Source: Tetramitus jugosus (taxonomy: Eukaryota > Protista > Heterolobosea). From it: a stretch of DNA of 64,000 nt. The notes beneath the pieces are model-generated. The model made no database searches, was not told the DNA's origin, and was given only the letters and a program-made list of their open reading frames with translations. Within the stretch, counting starts at the first letter, position 1; every line of letters starts with the position of its first letter. This document shows positions 23,847-33,058 of the stretch, in pieces. The DNA lies in assembly GCA_937625935.1 (NCBI GenBank), contig OW569363.1:186001-250000 (forward strand), in the 5' to 3' direction. A program made the translations under genes and the position numbers.

Positions 23847-24839
23847 TTTACGCGTTTTTGGCCGCTTTGGTGACCGCATCTATGACTTTGTTGAGTTGTT
23901 CAACAAAGAGAGGAGGATTGTTCAACAGCACTGCTACACCCAAGCGCAGTGTTGATTGCACAAGAAAGGTGGTCGTCCATGGCATGAAGAACATGTCAGT
24001 GGACGACATCAAGAAGCTACTGGGACAGAAGGTTGCCAGTGTGCTCAAGAAGCGTGACACTGCTTTCGTGGTCATGGGTGATGAAACCTATGCACAAGCA
24101 GTGCTCAGCGGAGAGAACAAGGTAAAGGCCACGGTCACTCGATACGTCGAGAGACCACATGATCCTCTCAAGGCTGTCAACAAGAGGTTGACAAAGATGT
24201 ACGAGGAGCTGCTGACGGTGGTCGACGCACTGCGTCGACAGGTCACAGAACTCACCAAGGATTTGACAAAGACAAAGGGCCAAGAGAGCAACAAACCGGT
24301 TCCGATACCGGTACTGGAAGTTGCACAAAGAACTGCTCCTGATCTAATGGAGGCAGAAGAACAAAGGAGTGCAACACCACTGCCAACAGTGCCTGTTGTA
24401 CTGCTCAGCGCTGAAAATCGGCAAATCCTGGAGCAAGTGAATGCCACTTCTCCAGTGTTTGCAAGAGCGAAGAAGGAAATTGCTGCATTGGCACTAGCCA
24501 GTGCACGCAAAAGGTATGGTTTGACTGAGGACGAACCAGTCATTGTGGATGTGGATGATGACTCCGAAAAGGAGATTCAGAGTCCACAACTCAATGACAA
24601 CAAGAAGAGGAGTGCTAGGATCACACTGGGTGATCTGAGGAGCAACAAGGCCCAAGACAAGAAAAAAACAACAGATGGCTCTGTGTCCATCGACGGTCCT
24701 ACTACAAGGTTACGCTCTTTGATGAAGGGCATCAACCAAAACACTCACAAAACAAGTCAATAAATGAGCAATCGTGTGCTTGCGCATGGAACAAAAAAAA
24801 ACAAAAAAAACAAAAAAAAAATTTTACGCGTTTTTGGCC
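23847..24839 (+). mobile_element. Retroposed non-LTR-type element (body 23864-24822) with 17-bp TSD and poly(A)-like tail
   Basis: Identical direct repeat TTTACGCGTTTTTGGCC at 23847-23863 and 24823-24839. Tail (CA8-10)x3 at 24791-24821 lies directly before the second copy; AATAAA overlaps the ORF stop. Confidence 0.88.
23882..24763 (+). CDS. Element-encoded ORF1-like protein: RRM-like domain, coiled coil, disordered basic tail
   Basis: KVVVHGM-SVDDIKKLLG-VASVLKK-DTAFVVM-DETYAQAVL fits the RRM beta-alpha-beta-beta-alpha pattern, followed by heptads LTKMYEELLTVVDALRRQVTELTKDL. The frame is open from the 5' junction, so it may be 5'-truncated. Confidence 0.65.
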   Translation: MTLLSCSTKRGGLFNSTATPKRSVDCTRKVVVHGMKNMSVDDIKKLLGQKVASVLKKRDTAFVVMGDETYAQAVLSGENKVKATVTRYVERPHDPLKAVNKRLTKMYEELLTVVDALRRQVTELTKDLTKTKGQESNKPVPIPVLEVAQRTAPDLMEAEEQRSATPLPTVPVVLLSAENRQILEQVNATSPVFARAKKEIAALALASARKRYGLTEDEPVIVDVDDDSEKEIQSPQLNDNKKRSARITLGDLRSNKAQDKKKTTDGSVSIDGPTTRLRSLMKGINQNTHKTSQ

Positions 24840-25130
24840 AGTTGGTGCTTCACGGGATGAAGAAGTAGCTGAAAAGAAAGTTACAATATTCGTGAACAGT
24901 GTGAAACGGAGATGTCTCACGACCTCCAGTCTTGAAGACACAAGTGTTAAAACATACAATTTCACGTCACAGGACAACACCTCAAAGATATTTGAGTCCA
25001 GAACTCTTCTGTCAGAGAGACTTCAAACTCTCCATTCACTTTTTGTAAAACAAGTTCTGTACTCTCTCATTTGATCTCGTTGGTTGTTCCAGAATGGGAA
25101 CATGGCAATTTTTCTCAGGTTAAATTGGAA
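24840..25130 (+). mobile_element. Possible older decayed LINE ORF2 3' remnant immediately behind the young element
   Basis: Translation FVKQVLYSLI*SRWLF (25042-25089) aligns without gaps to FECLVVYTLVSNKWLV downstream of the zf-RVT remnant at 32970-33017. Confidence 0.4.
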
Positions 25131-25153
25131 CTGTCCTTGAATACGATGAACGT

Positions 25154-27858
25154 TTACAGTTTATTCAAACAATTCTCAACCTCAATAAAACTAGGACGAT
25201 TTTCAGGCAACGTATCCCAACACTTCTGAATGATGAGCTTTGCTTGATGGTACAGAGAAACACTTTCATCGGACAATTCGGTTTGCTCTGGAAAATCTGG
25301 ACGTTCTCCATCTGTAATTGCATTTACAATGGCAACAGGATAAATTAAATCAGGAAACACTTTTCTGTTGGTGAGCAATTCATAGGCAATCATTCCAAAA
25401 CTAAACACGTCCCCGGCCATATCAGCTTGCACAGTCTTGGTAGAAACAGAGAACTTCTCAGGAGCCATGTACTTAAAGTTACTTCGCAATCTTTGAGTTC
25501 TCCTGCCAACTGTTTTGTTTCGAATCCGCGAAAAGCCAAAGTTTGTAATCTTGACACAATTATTCGAATCACACAAGATAGAATCAGGTTGTAAGTCGCG
25601 ATGCGTAATTGCTGGTTCACGGGTATGCAAGTGATTCATAGCTGTTGCAATTTGTTTGAGTAGTTGTAACCTTTGACCAAAATCCAGATGCTCCACTGCT
25701 AAAAGTCTTTCAATCGTTCCCTTTCCTGCATACTCTGCAAATAAACACAACCGATCTCTCTCAAAACACATTCCCTTAAACTGTAAAATGTTTGAATGGT
25801 GCAAAGATGTTATGATTGAAACCTCGTTCAAAAACTCAGCAAACTCTCCATCTGTCATTGTGTGCTCCTCCAACTCCTTCATAAAGATCCGATTTGTCTT
25901 GTTTTCTAGTTTGTTGTGCACATCAACAATGTATGCCATACCCAACCCATCAAATCCTAACTTCTCAACAATGCTTACATCAGAATAGGCGATAACTCTC
26001 ATGTTAGGAATGATAGAAACTTGTTGTAATCTCTCCATGAAACGTATCTGCTCATAATCCTGACTCGTTTCAAGCACAGCATCAGATTCTAACTCTTCAC
26101 TCAAATCCACAGTGTCTGGCACGACTCTTGGCTCAGTAGAACCCAAATTCTTTAATACTTGTATCCATTTATCTCTCAGAGCATCCGAATCCAAACCAAA
26201 CAAGAGTTTCTCACTCTCGGTAGTCAATTTGAAGAACTCTCCCTTCGCACCCTTTGTAGCTGTCGTGGGAGTGACAAAAAACGAACCAGGAGTAAGCAAG
26301 TACTTTTGCTTCACACTCCATGGATCCTTGATGTTCTTGCAAATATACAAGTAATGATAATCAGTCAGATAAAAATATTCTGTTTGCCAGCTACTGCCAT
26401 TGTTGATCGATCGTCTCATTTGTCCCTCCATGAGAGATCTACCTCTAAACAACACATATGCCTCTGCCTCTATCTCCTGAGCTTTTGAAAGTTTCTTGGA
26501 TACTTTTTGGATGGATACAATGGGATCTGGCTTTCGACTGAGTCCTGACAATAAACGACTAAATATTGCTTTAGGACCGGATAGTTTAACTCCTTTCTGT
26601 GGTAATGACTTTGCCCGCTCAACGGGCCTATTTTCACTCAATTCAACAAATTTAATCACATCGGACATCGAAGGGCGCTTACTTGGGCTGTCGTGCAGCA
26701 TTTTCAGCAGCATTGTTTTGGATCTGTTTGATAAACCAGTTTCTTTGATCCTGTTTTTCACAATATCCAAATAATTAGCGGCAAGAAACACTTCACCAAT
26801 ACTGGTACATAACGTAGCCAAACTAAAGAAGATGACACCCACAGAAAATACTTCACTCCTCTCTGTTACTCTAATCTCAAATTGATTATTCTTCAAGTTC
26901 TTTCGTAATTCAGGAGCAATGTAAGCTAACCCGAGTCAATACCCATTTCGGCAAACCACCCAAACAACACGTTAAGTCAGCTGATACAATTCATGCTCAA
27001 TCAATACGATCATAAATATACTCATATATCTTCAAACATACCATTCTTTAACAACGTTTGCTTCCTGTCCTGATAATACTGTGCATTCACATTGTTCGCA
27101 CAATTACCAGAATCTAAAACAAACTCGGAATAGGACCAATTCGATGCATAGACTCGCTCCATGGAAATCTCTCCCAGTGCATGAACAAAACCATAGGAAT
27201 GCAAATGATGGAGCGCACTAGAAATCATCTTCAACACATCCAACAGCTGCACCTCTTCGAACCAATCGGGTTGTTCTGCCTTTGTAGCTCTCGAAGTTAC
27301 AAACTCACTCAACGAATCAGGATATCTCTGCTTCAACACAAATATACTATTCCTATCGATATAGACCTGATGTATGGGCACGAGAAAATCATGAACAAAT
27401 TCTTGCAGACCCAAGAACATCTCTGAACAAGCAATGGCATCATTTTCACTCTTGAATGTTAGTTTTCTGGCATTGAATCGCTTGTTTGTTTCCTTGTTCG
27501 ATACGAGCCACATGGATTCATTGTGAGGGTGCGTTGTCTGTGTTGTTTTTGTGCTATTCTTGCGATTGTTGTTGGCCGAAGGAGTGCTCGCAAGACTGTG
27601 AAGAACAATGCACTCTGAAAAAGAGTCAACGGCCACCACAGGATGAATGGTGTTGATACTATTGTTGTTGTGTGGTGATTGTTGTGCAGCGACTGCAGCG
27701 TTAGAACTTTGACGAAAGACAAAGTTGGAAGTGTCACCGACAGAGTCAGAACGACGGTTCATGCTCTCATCTTCACTTGCTTCCGTAAGGTTGGTCTTTT
27801 CAAGTTTTTTAATCAGAGTAAAATCCTTTTCAAACGAAGATTGCTTGATGATGTCCAT
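25154..27858 (-). CDS. Tandem (pseudo)kinase - PH - TKL-type (pseudo)kinase protein (exons 27858-27042, 26925-25154)
   Basis: GTATGT...TAG intron restores KNAYIAPEL. PH domain (WQTEYFYLT...LRDKWIQVL). C-terminal TKL fold with HRDLQPDS, NFG, YMAPE, DVFSFG and CW..PENRPSF. Confidence 0.85.
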
Positions 27859-28109
27859 GCTTCTTCAACTCGTTGCAAAGAATGATGGTGTGCTTTCTTG
27901 TTCTTCTGTGTGGTGGAACAAAAGGGCCTCAATGATTTCAAGAGCGCCACTGGGGGTGTGAAGTCCATCAAGTGTCACCACGAATTTCTCCGGGTGTTTC
28001 AACAAACATCAAAATATTGGTCCGGAATGATGATAGGAAGAGAGTTTATTTGGTTCAATTATGATGATTATTCTCATCACCAACGAGAACATTCGAATGA
28101 CGACAAAAG

Positions 28110-28215
28110 CACCAGTTGAGGCACTTCGAAACGAAGGTTTATGGCCCATTCTTTCAACCTTAAATCTTAAACTGTTCGAGTCATAAGCCCTCACTTCGAA
28201 GCGCCACAAGTAGTG
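28110..28215 (-). ncRNA. Candidate pre-miRNA-like hairpin
   Basis: Ungapped 26-bp stem 28120-28145/28180-28205 (minus strand: 4 G-U pairs, 2 mismatches) plus a basal stem, in a non-coding gap of about 830 bp. Confidence 0.4.
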
Positions 28216-28689
28216 TCAATCTAGCACTCGTATGATTCTGTTGCGTGTGGTGTTTGCGAATTTCAGACGTTCCTCGATTTTGTTTTGAGTAGTGGTTGAC
28301 CGCCAAACTCTTCGGGAAAATCACAAAATTGGAATTTCGCGACCTATCCCAACACGAAGTGCGCTGCCATAAGCAGGTTTCAAGGTATATCCTCAAATTC
28401 TCCACGATCATTGACCAAGCATCATGATAACAACAAAATTCATAAAAAAAAAGTCATGTATTGCGTAACCAACGTGATTCACTGACTTCTCACTCGCTCA
28501 CGATCTGGGAGGGTTACTCAATAAAGAATCCAACTCGACGAGTAATTTTCCTTAATGACGTCACATTGTTCGTGTGGGCCTATTCTCCGTAATTTTATCG
28601 GGGTTTTTTTGTGTGTGAAGAGAAAAAAAGAAGCCGCTGCCAGCAACACGCAGAACAAACAACAAACCAACAAACGGAACAACAAAACA

Positions 28690-31600
28690 ATGACTCCCTT
28701 TGGTGATGATGAGGGTAGCAGTGAAGCTCACAATTTTATTCAAATGAATTACACCGCCTCTGCTTCTGTTGCTGGTGATGTTGCAAGACAATCCAACTAT
28801 CATGGTACTTCATCCATCTATGGCTCTCAAGCACTCAGAGATTCTACCAGGGAAAAATTGGGCATTGTTGATTTTTATAGAAACAAGACTTTGTTGTGCA
28901 CGGGTTGCACCGGTTTTTTGGGTAAGGTTCTCGTTGAAAAGCTCTTGAGGTCATTGCCAGAGATTCGTAGAGCTTACATCTTGGTTCGACCAAAGAAGAC
29001 TGGAACAGTGAAGGAGAGAATGACTGAAGAAATTTTGAGATCACCCATTATGGATCTACTGGTGAAGCAGTATGGTGGTGATAGAGAGGCGTTTGAGAGA
29101 TTTGCATTGAGCAAGTTGGTTGCTGTTCCTGGAGATGTCGCCACAGAGGATTTTATTCATTTACCGGAGGAGGAGAAGAATGTTTTGCGCAATGAAATTC
29201 AAGTCGTGATTCATAGTGCTGCGACAGTGGGATTTTCAGAGAGATTGGATGATTCGATTAAGTTGAATGTATATGGATCGTTGCGCGCAATGGAGTTTGC
29301 AAGATCATGTCCAAACATTTGTGTCTTCTCTCAGATTTCAACTGCTTACGTGAACGGTAACATGAAGTCTGGTAGTAGAGTTATGGAGAAGCAATATCCA
29401 CTCAAATTGCCTGGCAATGAGGACCCTGATGATTTTTGTAAGCGTGTTTTGCAAATGAACCCAGCTGAGATTGAAAAAACAACTCAGAAATGTCTGAGTC
29501 ACTTCAAATATCCAAACACATATACCTTTACAAAGAGACTGGCTGAAACTCTCATTACAAAGCGAAGAGGCACATTACCTATTGCAATTATCAGACCAAC
29601 AATTGTCGGTGCGGCAATGAAGGAACCATTCCCAGGATGGGTCGACACAATTTCTGCTGGAGGTTCAGTGTACTTGTTTGTTGGATTGGGAGTTCTCACT
29701 CTGATTCATGGTGATGTCAACAAGGTTTCTGACCAAGTACCTGTTGATTTGGTCGCGAATGCTATGATTGTTTGTACTGCTGATGTCGGTTCATCAAAGA
29801 TGAATGATGTTTGTAGAACATATCACATTGGTACAAGTGTGCCAAGGCCTGGTCGATGGAAGGACACAGTAGAGGGTATCATGAAATATTGGAATTCTCA
29901 TCAACCAACAAAAGCCATTGGTCCTGCTTCTTTCCAAATGATCAATAGTGAATTTTTCTATAATACTCAATTCTTCATGAGATATACGTGGTTGGCCAGA
30001 GTGTATGGAATTGTTGCATCAGCACTTCAAAATAAGAAACACTTGAAGATTGCAAGAGGTCTACAGAAGCTAGAGGACAGAGCCAATATGTTCTCCTCTA
30101 CATTTAAGCACTTTACTTCCAATGAATGGTTCTTTGAGACTGCTAACCTAGAATTGGCATTCTCTCAGTTGCCAGATGATGAAAAGAAGACATTTACTCT
30201 TGATTTCTCTGAGTTGGATTGGAGTACATATTTTGAGTATTTCTGTTACGGACTCCACAAGTTCATCTTGAAGGAGGACCCTGAGCCACCTACAAGACTC
30301 GATGTTTTGCGAAAGAACAAGGCTGATTTCCTCTCGGATCTCACCTTTAGTTTTTCTGCTGCAGGTGAGTTCAACAACAGATGGAGCAGAGAGGATTTGA
30401 AGAATATTGTTCTATCATCGAGTCGTGTTCAACTTGAGATTCAAAAGGAAGCTGAAAGAAAGTCCTTGCCTTACAGGGAGGTTGAGGAGCGTGCACAGTC
30501 GATTATGGAACTTATGTTTGCAAACCCAAAGTCATCAACCGTTCGATTCCTTACATGGGTTTTGCGAAAGATTTGGAGACAAATGTATGCCGCAATTATT
30601 GTCGATTCTCAGGAGTTAGGAAAGATTAAGGACTTGCTCAAGAGTGAATCGGCAGGCTCGGTTGTGTTCATTCCAACGCACAGAAGTTATATTGACTTTT
30701 TGATTTTGTCATATATCTTCTTTGCTTACTCTTTGCCAGTACCTCATGTTGCTGCTGGAGAGGACTTTTTGAACATGTTCCTTGTGAGAGACATGTTCCG
30801 TCACTCAGGTGCGTTCTTCTTGAGACGACAGTTTGGAGATGATAGTCTTTATCGATCTATCTTTACAGAGTATGTCCAACAACTGTTGGTTGATGGATGT
30901 CCGGTTGAATTCTTTGTCGAGGGTACAAGAAGCAGAAATGGAAAGACTTTGCAGCCTAAACTCGGCTTGTTGAACATTATTGCTGAATCATATTTGGAAA
31001 AGAAGGTACCAAATATCACAATTGTACCTGTCAACATCTCCTATGAGCGAATTTTGGAGGGTGAGTCCTATTCTTCCGAACTTCTTGGTGAACCAAAGAC
31101 AAGAGAATCCTTGAGTGGTTTGATTAAGGCACGAGATGTTCTTCGTAATCGCTATGGCGACATTCAGGTAAAGGTTGCAAATCCAATTTCTTTGAAAGAC
31201 TACGTTGCTCAAGCAACAGATGAGATTAGAAATGAAGATGATGGACAGCATTTTGATCCATTTGCAGATACAGGATCCAAGCATAAGCTTATCAGAAAGT
31301 TGGCTTACTCTATCACTCATGAATTGAATCAAGCAGCTGTTATCATGCCTACCAGTTTAGTCGCCACCATCTTACTATCATTTAGGGATGGAATTAGTTT
31401 GGAAGAATTAATCTTGAAGACTACATGGTTGAAGCAACAAATTGTATTGAGAGATGGACGTATCAATTGGGAAGAACAGCAAAGTTCTTCTGCTGTTGTT
31501 GATCGTGCATTGTCTCTTCTCAACAATTTGGTTGTTAAGCGAAGACATATGATCGAACCAGCTATTGAGGCCAAGGCGGATTATAAGAAGACAATTCAAT

Positions 31601-32370
31601 TGAGTTGTTACAGAAATCAATTGATTCACTTATTCGTGAGTGAATCATATGTATCATGTGCGATCGAATCCTTTGGATCCATGAGACATGAGGGTATCAG
31701 CAGAAAAGATTTAATTCAGACTGCCAAGTATATTGCCTCCCTATTCTCGATTGAATTCACGAATAGAATTAATCCAGACCTTCCAGAAGATTTCGATGCC
31801 ATCATCGACACCATGATTGACAGACAAATTATACAGTCAAGAATGGACGAGGATGATCATAAGGAGTTGATTTATGTCCACCAATCAGGTAATAATGAAA
31901 TGCACGCCTTCTTGTGCTCTCTATTGTGGCCATTTGTTGAAAGTTATTGGGCAACAAGCTTCGGTTTGCTTTCTCTGTTGTTCACAGGCACTGAATCAGA
32001 GCATGATAAGAATGGTGTCAAAGAAACCGTTCTATTGCAACGAATTCAATGGTTGGCTGAGAAATTGTACTTTGATGGAAAGATTTACTATTATGAATCA
32101 TGTTCAATGGACACGATCAAGAATGCTGTCTCCACATTCCTCTCCTGGAAGATCTTAAAGCGAGTGAAGAAGGACGAGGAAGTTGGAAAGGGTAAGAAGG
32201 CAACAACTGTTCGAGAGGCTTATCTACAATTGGTTACTCCATACACCGAGATGGACAAGATGTTTGATGTTGTGGAGCAAATTCAGAAAGTGAGAAGAGT
32301 CGCCCTCCACCACAACAAGCCAACGGAGAGAGGGCTATTGCCTGGCATGCACCTCTTATCAAGATTATAA
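28690..32370 (+). CDS. Bifunctional fatty acyl-CoA reductase / DHAP(glycerol-3-P) acyltransferase (FARAT-type), peroxisomal
   Basis: FAR motifs TGCTGFLGKV, PNTYTFTK and IIRPTIV with sterile domain; PlsB/GNPAT motifs PTHRSYIDF, GAFFLRR and FFVEGTRSRNGK; C-terminal PTS1 SRL. Confidence 0.93.
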   Translation: MTPFGDDEGSSEAHNFIQMNYTASASVAGDVARQSNYHGTSSIYGSQALRDSTREKLGIVDFYRNKTLLCTGCTGFLGKVLVEKLLRSLPEIRRAYILVRPKKTGTVKERMTEEILRSPIMDLLVKQYGGDREAFERFALSKLVAVPGDVATEDFIHLPEEEKNVLRNEIQVVIHSAATVGFSERLDDSIKLNVYGSLRAMEFARSCPNICVFSQISTAYVNGNMKSGSRVMEKQYPLKLPGNEDPDDFCKRVLQMNPAEIEKTTQKCLSHFKYPNTYTFTKRLAETLITKRRGTLPIAIIRPTIVGAAMKEPFPGWVDTISAGGSVYLFVGLGVLTLIHGDVNKVSDQVPVDLVANAMIVCTADVGSSKMNDVCRTYHIGTSVPRPGRWKDTVEGIMKYWNSHQPTKAIGPASFQMINSEFFYNTQFFMRYTWLARVYGIVASALQNKKHLKIARGLQKLEDRANMFSSTFKHFTSNEWFFETANLELAFSQLPDDEKKTFTLDFSELDWSTYFEYFCYGLHKFILKEDPEPPTRLDVLRKNKADFLSDLTFSFSAAGEFNNRWSREDLKNIVLSSSRVQLEIQKEAERKSLPYREVEERAQSIMELMFANPKSSTVRFLTWVLRKIWRQMYAAIIVDSQELGKIKDLLKSESAGSVVFIPTHRSYIDFLILSYIFFAYSLPVPHVAAGEDFLNMFLVRDMFRHSGAFFLRRQFGDDSLYRSIFTEYVQQLLVDGCPVEFFVEGTRSRNGKTLQPKLGLLNIIAESYLEKKVPNITIVPVNISYERILEGESYSSELLGEPKTRESLSGLIKARDVLRNRYGDIQVKVANPISLKDYVAQATDEIRNEDDGQHFDPFADTGSKHKLIRKLAYSITHELNQAAVIMPTSLVATILLSFRDGISLEELILKTTWLKQQIVLRDGRINWEEQQSSSAVVDRALSLLNNLVVKRRHMIEPAIEAKADYKKTIQLSCYRNQLIHLFVSESYVSCAIESFGSMRHEGISRKDLIQTAKYIASLFSIEFTNRINPDLPEDFDAIIDTMIDRQIIQSRMDEDDHKELIYVHQSGNNEMHAFLCSLLWPFVESYWATSFGLLSLLFTGTESEHDKNGVKETVLLQRIQWLAEKLYFDGKIYYYESCSMDTIKNAVSTFLSWKILKRVKKDEEVGKGKKATTVREAYLQLVTPYTEMDKMFDVVEQIQKVRRVALHHNKPTERGLLPGMHLLSRL

Positions 32371-32479
32371 TAACACCACAACTAAAAAAATTTCTTTGAA
32401 AGACTTGTCACTTTGTCTGTCCTTTTACCACAGGAATTGGAGGAAAGTGCCCACCACGATGTTGCAGGAGAAACAAAAC

Positions 32480-32552
32480 TGGAGCCACAGGGAATCGAAC
32501 CCTGGACCTCATGCATGCAAAGCACGCGCTCTACCAACTGAGCCATGACCCC
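32480..32552 (-). tRNA. tRNA-Ala (anticodon TGC)
   Basis: GGGGTCA...TGGCTCCA with the G3-U70 identity pair, anticodon arm CGTGC-TTTGCAT-GCATG, T loop TTCGATT, downstream TTTT. Confidence 0.95.
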
Positions 32553-32574
32553 TGATATTCTTGATCCCATCTTT

Positions 32575-33030
32575 GATTTACTGCACGGATTCAAGCATTG
32601 GGAGAAAAAAGTGTTCGTGCCTACCTGAACTGCTGGGCAAACCATGCAAGATAAGGAGTGGAACAACTTTCTCAAGTGCACTTTTGGCCTCGAAAGAAAG
32701 GAAATGTGGTTCTATCATCATTTTAAGTGGAACTCTCCACACAAGAACTGGCCTTCGAATGCTGGATAATTCACTGATAGAGCACTTGCACACACTGTTG
32801 CAAAGCTCCAGAAACCATAGTGCATCTGCTTGTGGAGTGCCAGTTCTATCTGCAGGCATGAAACAATCTCATTTCGGATCAAAACAAAATGTTTTATCTT
32901 TCTTTGTTTCTTTTATTGAAAGCCAAGTAAGTAGGCATATGAGCTTGTTGTCTGGCGACACCCACACATTTTGAGTGTCTAGTAGTGTACACATTAGTTT
33001 CGAACAAATGGTTGGTTGTTCTTCACTTCT
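32575..33030 (+). mobile_element. Decayed non-LTR retrotransposon ORF2 C-terminal fragment (zf-RVT)
   Basis: CTHCCKAPETIVHLLVECQFYLQA* (32787-32861; stop at the conserved Trp position) is the CxxC...ETxxHLLxxC zinc knuckle of L1/Tx1-type RTs. It is preceded in another frame by W-rich KEWNNF...FYHHFKWNSP. Multiple stops and a frameshift. Confidence 0.75.
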
Positions 33031-33058
33031 CATCTGAATAAAAAACTACATAAGCTTT

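Noticed and set aside
24839-24870. LVLHGMKK after the TSD resembling VVVHGMKN in the element ORF
   Set aside because: Eight-residue match followed at once by a stop, with no further similarity.
32859-32861. TGA at Trp positions in the retro remnants suggesting an alternative genetic code
   Set aside because: Host genes use TGG for Trp and several end in TGA; these are decay mutations.
32382-32974. ORFs 32382-32681, 32561-32974 and 32578-32859
   Set aside because: They overlap the tRNA-Ala gene or are off-frame readings of the decayed retroelement.
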